Positions 18,001 through 29,679 of a stretch of DNA of 64,000 nt are shown piece after piece. Source of the DNA: Squalus acanthias. Taxonomy: Eukaryota. Under the pieces are notes generated by a model. The model ran no database searches, was not told the origin of the DNA, and saw only the letters and a list, made by a program, of their open reading frames with translations. The stretch spans positions 33,916,001 through 33,980,000 of the forward strand of contig CM059432.1 of NCBI GenBank assembly GCA_030390025.1, read 5' to 3'. The stretch's first letter is position 1, and each line of letters opens with the position of its first letter. A program made the translations under genes and the position numbers.

Positions 18001-21000
18001 CCATCACTGCATCATCTTAATTAATATATCAGTACACACACACTCCATCACTGCATCATCTTAATTAATATATCAGTACACACACGCTCCATCACTGCAT
18101 CCCCTTAATTATTATATCAGTACTCTCACACTCCATCACTGCATCCTCTTAATTAATATATCAGTACACACACACTCCATCACTGCATCCTCTTCATTAA
18201 TATATCAGTACACACACACTCCATCACTGCATCGTCTTAATTAATATATCAGTAAACTCACACTCCATCACTGCATCCCCTTAATTAATATATCAGTACA
18301 CTCACACTCCATCACTGCATCCCCTTAATTAATAAATCAGTACACTCACACTCCATCACTGCATCCTCTTAATTAATATATCAGTACACTCACACTCCAT
18401 CACTGCATCCTCTTAATTAATATATTATTACACTCACACTCCATCGCTGTAGCCCCTTAATTAATATATCAGTACACTCACACTCCATCACTGCATCCTC
18501 TTAATTAATATATCAGTTCACACACACTCCATCACTGCATCCACTTAATTAATATATCAGTACACACACATTCTCCATCACTGCATCCACTTAATTAATA
18601 TATCAGTACACTCACACTCCATCACTGCATCATCTTAATTAATATATCAGTACACACACACTCCATCACTGCATCCACTTAATTAATATATCAGTACACA
18701 CATACTCCATCACTGCATCCACTTAATTAATATATCAGTACACTCACACTCCATCACTGCATCCACTTAATTAATATATCAGTACACTCACACTCCATCA
18801 CTGCATCCTCTTAATTAATATATCAGTACACACACACTCCATCACTGCATCCACTTAATTAAGATATCAGTACACACACACTCCATCACTGCATCCACTT
18901 AATTAATATATCAGTACGCACACACTCCATCACTGCATCCTCTTAATTAATATATCAGTACACTCACACTCCATCACTGCATCCTCTTAATTAATATATC
19001 AGTACACACACACTCCATCACTGCATCCTCTTAATTATTATATCAGTACACTCACACTCCATCACTGCATCCTCTTAATTAATATATCAGTACACTCACA
19101 CTCCATCACTGTATCCCCTTACTTATTATATCAGTACACACACACTCCATCACTGCATCCCCTTAATTAATATATCAGTACACACACACACCATCACTGT
19201 ATCCCCTTAATTAATATATCAGTACACACACATTCCATCACTGCATCCCCTTAATTAATATATCAGTACACACACACTCCATCACTGCATCCATTTAATT
19301 ATTATATCAGTACACACACAATCCATCACTGCATCCACTTAATTAATATATCAGTACACACACACACCATCACTGCATCCCCTTAATTAATATATCAGTA
19401 CACTCACACTCCATCACTGCATCCCCTTAATTAATATATCAGTACACTCACACTCCATCACTGCATCCCCTTAATTAATATATCAGTACACTGACACGCC
19501 ATCACTGCATCCCCTTAATTAATATATCAGTACACTCACACTCCATCACTGCATCCTCTTAATTAATATATCAGTTCACACACACTCCATCACTGTATCC
19601 CCTTAATTAAAATATCAGTACAAACACACTCCATCACTGCATCCCCTTAATTAATATATCAGTACACACACACTCCATCACTGCATCCCCTTAATTAATA
19701 TATCAGTACACACACACACCATCACTACATCCTCTTAATTAATATATCAGTACACACACACTCCATCACTGCATCCCCTTAATTAATATATCAGAACACA
19801 CACACTCCATCACTGCATCCTCTTAATTATTATATCAGTACACTCACACTCCATCACTGCATCCAATCAATGTATCATTACACTCACACTCCATCACTGC
19901 ATCCTCTTAATTAATATATCAGTACACACACACTCCATCACTGCATCCACTTAATTAATATATCAGTACACTCACACTCCATCACTGCATCCCCTTAATT
20001 AATATATCAGTACACTCACACTCCATCACTGCATCCCCTTAATTAATATATCAGTACACTCACACTCCATCACTGCATCTCCTTAATTAATATATCAGCA
20101 CACACACACTCCATTACTGCATCTCCTTACTGAATATATCAGTACACACACACTTCATCACTGCAACCTCTTAATTAATATATCAGTACACACACACTCC
20201 ATCACTGCATCCTCTTAATTAATATATCAGAACACACACACTCCATCACTGCATCCCCTTAATTAATATATCAGTGCACACACACTCCATCACTGCATCA
20301 TCTTAATTAATATATCAGAACTCACACACTCCATCACTGCATCATCTTAATTAATATATCAGAACTCACACACTCCATCACTGCATCATCTTAATTAATA
20401 TATCAGTACACTCACACTCCATCACTGCATCCCCTTAATTAATATATCAGTACACACACACTCCATCGCTGCATCCCCTTAATTAATATATCAGTACACT
20501 CACACTCCAGCACTGCGTCCTCTTAATTAATATATCAGTACACACACACTCCATCACTGCATCCCCTTAATTAATATATCAGTACACACTTACTCCATCA
20601 CTGCATCCCCTTAATTAATATATCAGTACACTCACACTCCAGCACTGCGTCCTCTTAATTAATATATCAGTGCACACACACTCCATCACTGCATCCCCTT
20701 AATTAATATATCAGTACACACACACTCCATCACTGCATCCCCTTAATTAATATATCAGTACACTCACACTCCATCACTGCATCCCCTTAATTAATATATC
20801 AGTACACTCACACTCCATCACTGCATCCCCTTAATTAATATATCAGTACACACACACTCCATCACTGCATCCTCTTAATTAATATATCAGTGCACACACA
20901 CTCCATCACTGCATCCTCTTATTAATGTATCAGTACACACACACTCCATCACTGCATCCTCTTAATTAATGTATCAGTACACAGACACTCCATCACTGCA

Positions 21001-21230
21001 TCCTCTTAATTAATGTATCAGTACACACACACTCCATCACTGCATCCCCTTAATCAATATATCAGTTCACTCACAGTCCATCACTGCATCCTCTTAATTA
21101 ATATATCAGAACACACACACTCCATCACTGCATCCCCTTAATCAATATATCAGTTCAGTCACACTCCATCACTGCATCATCTTCATTAAAATATCAGTAG
21201 ACACACATTCCATCACTGCATACTCTTCCT
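1..21230. repeat. 44-bp tandem satellite array, about 480 monomers, consensus CACTCCATCACTGCATCCTCTTAATTAATATATCAGTACACACA; continues beyond the left window edge
   Basis: TTAATATATCAG recurs at 301 and 345 (period 44) and throughout. Monomers degenerate from about 20900 and end near 21230. The ORF track is empty here. Confidence 0.97.
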
Positions 21231-21399
21231 TTTTATAATCAGAATTGAAATTCTGAAATTGCCATCTTCGGATTAGAATTTATGTTCTCTTGATTATTTG
21301 TGCAGTGGCATAACCACTGCACCTCCGTAGAGGAGTACAATAAATGACAGCCAAGCCAGCCTTGCCCACATCCCAAGAAGTGACAAAAACTGATACCTA

Positions 21400-21564
21400 A
21401 TTTATCTGGGTTATGAGGAGAGGGTGTGAATGTTTAATTTCAGGGACGATTTTATTCAATTCTCAAGGATTCTTCAAGGAATAGAGGAAACAAACCCCGA
21501 TAACATGTTTGAGATGGCCACATTCTCTAGGCTCATGGGACACAGGTTATGCGTAGAAGAGCAT
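21400..21564 (+). mobile_element. Old CR1 LINE ORF2 C-terminal fragment
   Basis: Translation GYEER...RDDFIQFSRILQG...RLMGHRL resembles the CR1 YEERL...RGDLI...RGH motifs. Confidence 0.55.
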
Positions 21565-23588
21565 GGGGTTAAATTGGCTAACCCCCGAAAACGGGCATGG
21601 GGATCGCAGTACGCAATTAACCTGTTCCCGTTAAATTTGTGCTGCCTGCTGTTTTAATTGATTGCTGCATGCAGCCAGCGCTACCTGTTCTGTTCATTGG
21701 CTGCATGCATCAGCAACGGGCTCGATATTGCGAGTGGCTTGCACTACTTAAAGGCAGCCTGCACCTCGTAAAGGGATTGCTAGAAGTGGTGGGAGCTTTT
21801 TGAAAACTGAATCTGGGCTGTGATACTTTGAGGAATGGCTGAACATGCGAGAGATTGAGCACCAAGATTTTCCGACAATGCCCGAGCAGTCTTGGTGCAA
21901 GACATACATAAGAACCTAAGAACATAAGAAATAGGAGCAAGAGTAGGCCATTCGGCCCTTCGAGCCTGCTCCGCCATTCAATGAGATCATGGCTGATCTT
22001 CTGCATCAATTCCATTCACCGGCCCTATCGCCATATCCCTTGATGCCCTTACCAGTCAGAAATCTATCGACTTCTGTTTTGAATATACCCAATGACTGAG
22101 CCTCCACAGGCCTCTGGGGTAGAGAATTCCAAAGCTTCACCACCCTCTGTGTGAAGAAATTTCTTCTCATCTCAGTCCTGAATGGCCTACCCTTTATCCT
22201 GAGGCTGTGGCCCCTGGTTCTAGACTCCCCAGCCAAGGGAAACATTCTCCCAGCATCCACCCTATCAAGCCCTGTAATGATTTTGTATGCTTCAATGAGA
22301 TCCCTCTCATTCTTCTGAATTCAAGAGAATACAGGCCTAGTTTACTCAATCTCTTCTCATACGACAGTCCCGCCATCCCAGGAATCCTTAGGTAATGAGA
22401 TCAAAATTGTACACAGTACTCCAGGTGTGGTCTGACCAAGGCCCTATATAATTGGAGTAAGACTTCTTTACTCCTGTACTCAAATCCTCTTGTAATGAAG
22501 GCCAGCATACCATTTGCCTTCCTAATGGCTTGCTGCACCTGCACATTCACTTTCAGTGATTCATGTACAAGGGCACCCAGGACCCTTTGAGCATCTGCAT
22601 TCCCCAATCTTTCACCATGTAGGAAATACTCTGCCTTTCTGTTTTTTCTATCAAAGTGGGTAACTTCACATTTATCCACATTATATTCCGTCTGCCATGT
22701 TCTCGCCCACTCACTGAGCCTGTCGAGATCCCCTTGCAACCTCTTCACATCCTCTTCACAACTGACACTGCCACCTAGCTTTGTATCATCAGCAAATTTG
22801 GAAATGTTACATTTAGTCCCCTCATCCAAATCATTGATATAGATTGCGAATAGCTGGGGCCCAAGGGCTCCTTGAGGTACCCCACTAGTCACAGCCTGCC
22901 ATCCTGAAAAAGACCCGTTTATCCCTACTCTTTGTTTTCTGTCTGTTAACCAATTCTCAATCCATGCTAGTATATTACCCCCAATTCCATGTGCCCTAAT
23001 TTTGTTCACCAACCTCTTGTGTGGGACCTTATCGAAGGCCTTCTGAAAATCCAAATACACCACATCTACTGGTTCCCCTTTGTCTACTCCACTAGTTATA
23101 TCCTCAAAGAACTCCAATAGGTTTGTCAAACAGGATTTCCCTTTCATAAATCCATGTTGACTCTGCCCAATCTTACTATTAGTTTTTAAGTGCCCAGTTA
23201 TTGCAGCCATTATAATAGATTCCAGATTTTTCCCAACTACTGATGTGACGCTAACAGGTCTGTAGTTCCCCGTTTTCTCTCTCCCTCCTTTCTTAAATAG
23301 CAGGGTTACATTTGCTATCCTCCAATCTGCAGGAACCATTCCAGAATCTATAGAATTTTGGAAGATGACAACCAATGCGTCCACTATACCAATGGCCAAA
23401 TCTTTCAAAGCCCTAGGATGTAGGTCATCCGTTCCTTGGGATTTATCGACTTTTAGTCCCATTAATTTTGCTAGTACTGTTTTATTACTAATAATAATTT
23501 CTTTAAGTTCCTCATTCTCACCACACCCTTGGTTTTCTCGTATTTCTGGGAGGTTTTCTGTGTCTTCCTCCGTGAAGACAGAAACAGA

Positions 23589-24481
23589 GGGGGAGAAATT
23601 CAGTATCGCCCCATTTGGGGCGCAATTATCGGCCGGGCACAAAGATTAGCGCCTGGCGCTAATTATCGCCACTGACTGCAAACTTGACTTTTATCGCCCC
23701 TGGAGGTGATTGCAACGCTAAATCAGGCGCTTCACACCTGTCTTAAGGTGCAAAGGCCGAGGAGCGAGGCGCTACCTCAGAGCGCTGGCGAAGCTCATGT
23801 AATGTCAGTCAGCAATGGAACACACACACAATGGCACGGGCCAGTTCTTAAAGGGGATGGTTAATCTTGCTTTCCATCCACATCCTGCTCATTGCAGCCT
23901 TGAATCTCGGCCTGGAGAGACCTGCACATCAAATCTGCTGGAAAGAACAATGGAGAGTACCAGGCAAAGAGCTCAGAGTGCAGCCCCCACAGTCTCTTCT
24001 AAATCGATACAAGGAATGGCAAATCAAAATGAACCTGCAAAGTGCTGCTCAGTCCCCGAAACTCCTTCACACAACGTTGAATCTCTCCAGAAGTCTCTCC
24101 CTCTCTCTCTCAGAATGCGTAGTTCAAAAATGGCACCAACAATAAAAGGCAGGAAGCGGTCACCTTTAAATAGCGCTCCCCCTTTCCCTTCATGACTGCA
24201 GAACGCTCCCCTCAACCTGTCGTTGCTAGCGTCAGGCGGTAAGGCAGAGGGCGCCACTCAATATCCGCTCCGGGGCGATACCGGGGCGTTGCGTACTCGA
24301 CTGACGTCACGATCTGCTGGTGCAGGAGATCGTGGCAGTAGTGTTTAGCGCCGCCGCAAAATGTCTAGTTAATTTTGCGAGCGGCGCAAACTTCGCCGCG
24401 CCTGGGCGCCAGATGCTTTGCGCCCCATTAGTGCCCTCTTAAGGCGCTAACGGGAGGCGCAACCAACTGAATTTTTCCCCC
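23589..24481. mobile_element. Harbinger-A-family MITE, copy 1 (893 bp)
   Basis: TIRs GGGGGAGAAATTCAG / CTGAATTTTTCCCCC with flanks AGA/AAA. It interrupts CR1 codons NKYF|VSVFTEED. Near-identical core to copies 2 and 3. Confidence 0.93.
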
Positions 24482-24761
24482 AAAGTATTTATTTAATTTC
24501 GCTGCCATTTCTTCATTCCCCATTATAAATTCTCCCGTCTCTGACTGTAAAGGACCTACATTTACCTTCGCCAGTCTTTTCCTTTTCACATACCTATAGC
24601 AGCTTTTACAATCCATTTTTATATATTATAGTTTGTGCTCATATTCCATTTTCCCTTTCTTTATCAATTTCTTGGTCCCCCTTTGCTGATTTCTAAAAAG
24701 ATCCCAATCCTCAGGCTGATCACTTTTTCTGGCAACTTTATAAGCTTCCTCCTTTGACTTT

Positions 24762-25652
24762 GGGGGAGAAATTCAGTATCGCCCCATTTGGGGCGCAATT
24801 ATCGGCCGGGCACAAAGATTAGCGCCTAGCACTAATTATCGCCACCAACTGCAAACTTGACTTTTATTGCCCCTGGAGGTGATTGGAGCACTAAATCAGA
24901 CGCTTCACACCTGTCTTAAGGCGCAAAGGCCGAGGAGTGAGGCGCTACCTCAGAGCGCTGGCAAAGCTCATGTAATGTCAGTCAGCAATGGAACACACAC
25001 ACAATGGCACGGGCCAGTTCTTAAAGGGGATGGTTAATCTCACTTTCCATCCACATCCTGCTAATTGCAGCCTTGAATCTCGGCCTGGAGAGACCTGCAC
25101 ATCAAATCTGCTGGAAAGAACAATGGAGAGTACCAGGCAAAGAGCTCAGAGTGCAGCCCCCACAGTCTCTTCTAAATCGATACAAGGAATGGCAAATCAA
25201 AATGAACCTGCAAAGTGCTGCTCAGTACCCAAAACTCCTTCACACAACGTTGAAACTCTCCAGAAGTCTCTCTCTCTCTCTCTGAATGCGTAGTTCAAAA
25301 ATGGCACCAACAATAAAAGGCAGGAAGCGGTCACCTTTAACTAGCGCTCCCCCTTTCCCTTCATGACTGCAGAACGCTCCACTCAAACTGTCGTTGCTAG
25401 CGTCAGGCGGTAAGGCAGGGGGCGCAACTCAATATCCGCTCCGGGGCGATACCGGGGCGTTGCGCACTCGACTGACGTCATGATCTGCCGGCGCAGGAGA
25501 TCGTGGCGGTAGTGTTTTGCGCCGCCGCAAAATGTCTAGTTAATTTCGCGAGCGGCGCAAACTTCGCCACGCCTGGGCGCTAGATGCTTTGCGCCCCATT
25601 AGCGCCCTCTTAAGGCGCTAACGGGAGGCGCAACCAACTGAATTTTTCCCCC
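24762..25652. mobile_element. Harbinger-A-family MITE, copy 2 (891 bp)
   Basis: Same TIRs and body as copy 1, same orientation. Flanks TTT/AAT give no clean TSD. Confidence 0.93.
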
Positions 25653-28387
25653 AATTTCTTTTGTTAGCCATGGTTGGATCACTTTTCCTTTTGGGTTTTT
25701 ATGCCCTAGAGGAATATATGTTTGTTTCAAATTATGCATTATTTCCTTGAATGTTAGCCATTGTATGTCCACCTTCATACCTTTTAGTGTAGTCTCCCAA
25801 TCTACCATGGCCAACTTGTCCCTCATTCCCTTGTAGTTTCCTCTGTTTAGATTGAAGACCTTAGTTTCAGATTGGACTACATCACTCTCAAACTTAATGT
25901 AAAATTCAATCATATTATGGTCACGTGTCCCTGAAGGCCCCTTTACCACAAGATTATTGATTAGCCCTTTCTCATTACACAGTACCAGATCCAGAATAGT
26001 CTGTTCCCTGGTTGGTTCCTCCACATACTGATGCAGGAAACCATCTCGCATGCATTCCAAGAATTCGTCCTCCGCACCATTAGTGGTAATTTGATTTGCC
26101 CAGTCAATATGTAGATTAAACTCCCCCATGATTACCGTATTGCCCTTGTTACATGCACTTCTAATTTCTTGATTGATACTGTGCCCTACATTACCACTAC
26201 TGTTTGGTGGCCTATACACAACTCCCACCAATGTTTTCCTCCCTTTGCTGTTTCTTAGCTCCACCCAAACTGATTCCAGTTCTACATCACGATCTGCCGA
26301 GCCAAGATCTTTTATCTCTACCGTACCGATCTCATCCCTTATTAACAGAGCTATGCCACCTCCTTTTCCTTTTTGTCTGTCCTTCCTAAATGTTGAGTAC
26401 CCTGGAACATTCAGTTCCCAGCTTTGGTTACCCTGCAACCATGTCTCTGTAATGGCAATTACATCATACCCATTTACTTCTATTTGTGCCATTAATTCAT
26501 CCACTTTGTTGCGAATGCTACATGCATTTAGATAAAGTGCCTTCAAATTTGCCTGTTTAATATTTTTCTGCGCTTTGACCCTCTTTACTGTTGGCCTGTT
26601 TACGTTTACGTGAAGAGGAGAGACATCCTGTATCCGCAGTGGGGCAGGAGGTCCTCGAGACATATGCTCAGGAGGTAGTGGGAAGAAGTAGTGGCAGAGG
26701 TCAATGCCAGGAGTGGAGCTCCAAGAACATGGATGGGGTGCAGGAAGAAGTTTAACGATCTGGCATGAGTTGTCAAGGAGAGTGAGTTCATCTTCAAATG
26801 GCATTTCCTACCAACTGCACCAGTAGCCTCATCCACTGCTCAATTCATTACATCCCCATCACCCACCTACCAACAAGCTCTATCAATCAGTACTCAACTC
26901 TTCAATCATATACTTTACCTCACCCTCACACGCTTAGCACTGTTGAAAGCCTCACACCCACAACTCACAGCTTGCACACACTGGCAGCTATTCAACCACG
27001 ACAGCCACATCATCCAAACATATTGCAGGACATTCATTGACACACTTCCCTCTTTCTTGCAGGAGAAGGTGGTGCATAACAGGAGGCAGCAGGAAGGAAC
27101 TGGAGAAGGACAGGCGTGCCTGCATGTTTTAACCCCCATGGAGTAAACAGTGCTGGCCATCATGGGACGGGCCATTGCTGAGGTCATGGCCACTTGAGGG
27201 ATTGCTGATGAGGATATCTGCATACCAAAACCTCCTTCTCTCTTCCTACTTCACCCTCATCCCACAATCTCTTCTGACTCACAAGTTGCAGATGGTGTAA
27301 GCACACACTCAAAACAACCCAACCCTTGTCCCTTTTTCATTTCAAATACCCAAGAACTGGAACCTTCCCAGTCAGAGGAAGAGGAAGAAGCCAGTGAAGG
27401 TGAAGACACACTGTCACGATCTTACACTTGCAGCCACCAGATCAGAGACTGACACTGTGCATATTTTAGAGGCTAGGATGGAGTAGGGAGTGAGTAGTTG
27501 TGAGACACCAGGCACAAGTGCTCAGGAACCAGTGTCGGGGGAAAGGATAGCGCAGGTACCAGCTCGCCAGAGGCACACTAGCTCTGCTGCAGAGGTGACA
27601 GATGAAGACTTTGATGGACGAGGCTACAAAAGAACGCTGATGGGTGTATGTAACAAAATGCTTATGGTACTGGAAAGCCTACCAGAAAGCCTGTGCACAA
27701 TGTCAAGGAGCATGGAGGAGTTCAGCACCAACTTGGAACAGGGCTTTGCGCAGAGCTTGGAGCCCATCCTTTCCAACATGAAATGGGTGGTCACCTCCAT
27801 CAGCACACCTGTGGAACCTATCATGATGCAAGGACTGATGGCCGATGTCACAGCTTCTATTGCAGCACAATAGACTGCTGCCATCATGGCTCTGGATACC
27901 ACTGTTCAAAGGAGCTTCCAGGCTTCACAGCAGTCCATCAATCTGTTCTCCAATAGAGCAATAGGATTGCTAAGGCGCCACCCCGGGAGAGAGGCAGTGA
28001 CTACAGTGAACACAAACCCGCTGTCCTCCCTTAGGATGAGTGCCTCAATGAGTGCAGATCGGAACAGAGTGTTAAGCTGCGAGTTTGGTGAGTGAGGGAG
28101 TAAATCTTAAAGGTTAATCTCTTATTTTTATAAATTCTAGTCTTGTGTGCATGCAATTAGCATTTAAATTTACTGTTTCAAGTTTTAAGTTTCTTCCAGG
28201 CTTGGGCAGGGCTAAGCAAGCTCTGTGCTGGAGAGCAGGTGAGAGTACTTAATTAATTAAGTGGTCTAATCAGGTTCTGTAACTGCCAGAGAGCTCACTT
28301 ATTTAAATCTCAGCAGTATAAATAAGGGAGGCTAGAGTGCAGTTTGTCACAGAGTGCAGATCGGAACAGAGTGTTAAGCTGCGAGTT

Positions 28388-28500
28388 GAGTGAGTGAGTG
28401 AGTGAGTGAGTGAGTGAGTGAGTGAGTGAGTGAGTGAGTGAGTGAGTGAGTGAGTGAGTGAGTGAGTGAGTGAGTGAGTGAGTGAGTGAGTGAGTGAGTG
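28388..28500 (+). repeat. (GAGT)n microsatellite, about 28 units, inside the CR1 5' UTR
   Basis: Directly visible. It explains the spurious SLTH-repeat ORFs. Confidence 0.97.
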
Positions 28501-28727
28501 GTTCCTTTCTTTTTCCATCTTTGTCAGCTTCCACGAGAGCAGGAGCTAAAAAGTTGCACAAGAGGGGACAGAGAACCAGCGGTGAGTATTTCTACAGTAT
28601 TTCTACATTCTTGTCATTAAAGTAAAAGTAAGGTCTCTAGTTTAGAGTAACTAGTGTTTAAAGGGAAGTAAGGTCCCTAGTATATTTAATATTCTTTAAT
28701 TTAAAGGGAGTAAATTAAGTGTAGGAC

Positions 28728-29679
28728 ATGGCAGGGCAGCTCGGCAGTGTGGAGTGCTCCTCCTGCGCTATGTTGGAAGTCAGGGACAATTTAGGTGTCC
28801 AGGGTGAACACATGTGCAGGAAGTGTCTCCGGCTGCAGCTACTCGAAATCCACGTTTCGGAGCTGGAGCTGTGGCTGGAGTCACTGTGGAGCATCCACGA
28901 AGCTGAGATCTTCGTGGATAGCACGTTTAACAAGGCTGGTCACATCGCAGGAAAAGAGTGCACAGGCAGACAGGGAATGGGTGACCACCAGACAGAGTAA
29001 AAGAACTAGGAAGGTAGTGCAGAAGTCCCCTGCGTCCATCTCCCTCTCTGACAGATTTTCCATTTTGGATACTGATGGGGGAGATAGTTTCTCAGGGGAA
29101 TGCAGCAAGAGCCAAGTCCATGGCACTACAAGTGGCTCAGCTGCACAGGAGGGGAGGAAAAAGAGTGGGAGAGCAATAGTGATAGGGGTTTCTATCGTAA
29201 GGGGAACAGATAGATGTTTCTGTGGCCACAGACGTGACTCCAGGATGGTATGTTGCCTCCCTGGTGCCAGGGTCAAGGATGTCACTGAACGGCTGCAGGG
29301 CATTCTGAAGGGGGAGGGCGAACAGTCAGAGGTCGTAGTTCACATTGGTACCAACGACATGGGTAGAAAGAGGGATGAGGTCATGCAACAAGAATTTAGG
29401 GAGCTAGGTAGCAGATTAAAAAGCAGGACCTCAAAGGTTGTAATCTCTGGATTACTCCCGGTGCCACGTGCTAGTGCATATAGGAATAGGAGGATAGAGC
29501 AGATGAATGCGTGGCTAAAGAGTTGGTGCAGGAGGGAGGGCTTTAGTTTCCTGGATCACTGGGTCTGCTTCTGGGGAAAGTGGGACCTGTACAAGTCTGA
29601 TGGATTGCACCTGAACCGGAACGGGACCAACATCCTTGCGGGGAGGTTTGCTAGTACTGTTGGGGGGGGTTTAAACTAA
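28728..29679 (+). pseudogene. CR1 ORF1: N-terminal Cys cluster (CSSC...CRKC) and SGNH/GDSL-like esterase domain; one frameshift near 28935
   Basis: ORFs 28728-29000 and 28795-29679 carry IG(D/V)SIVR, HIGTND and DGLHLN. The minus-strand copy reads through the frameshift (FNKVVTSQ). Confidence 0.9.

Larger units (their letters stand above)
21904..26609 (-). mobile_element. CR1 LINE, 5'-truncated (APE endonuclease, RT, 3' UTR and tail), interrupted by two MITEs
   Basis: EN motifs LYLNACSIRNK, AITETWL and GVVYRPP in ORF 25599-26804. RT motifs LDFQKAFDKV, GVPQG and KFADDTK in ORF 22401-23642. (TTCTTATG)-type tail near 21905-21930. Confidence 0.93.
21835..28045 (+). pseudogene. Harbinger C Myb/SANT-like DNA-binding protein pseudogene (exon 1 21835-21903 plus 26610-~26778; exon 2 from ~27063; exon 3 ~27350-28045)
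   Basis: MAEHARD*APRFSDNARAVLVQD joins VKRRDILYPQWGRR...W..V.AEVNARS..PRTWMGCRKKFNDL. Exon 2 EKVVHNRRQQEGTGEG matches exon 2 of elements A and B. Several in-frame stops. Confidence 0.75.
21565..28049 (+). mobile_element. Decayed PIF/Harbinger element C (left TIR plus Myb/SANT-like gene), split by a CR1 and truncated on the right
   Basis: TIR-like GGGGTTAAATT at 21565. The Myb/SANT-like frame starts at 21835 and resumes at 26610 after the CR1. No transposase or right TIR is adjacent. Confidence 0.75.

Noticed and set aside
1..21230. CRISPR array
   Set aside because: There are no unique spacers, the whole 44-bp unit repeats, no cas genes are present, and the context is eukaryotic.
28303..28561. 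SLTH-repeat proteins
   Set aside because: These are translations of the (GAGT)n microsatellite.
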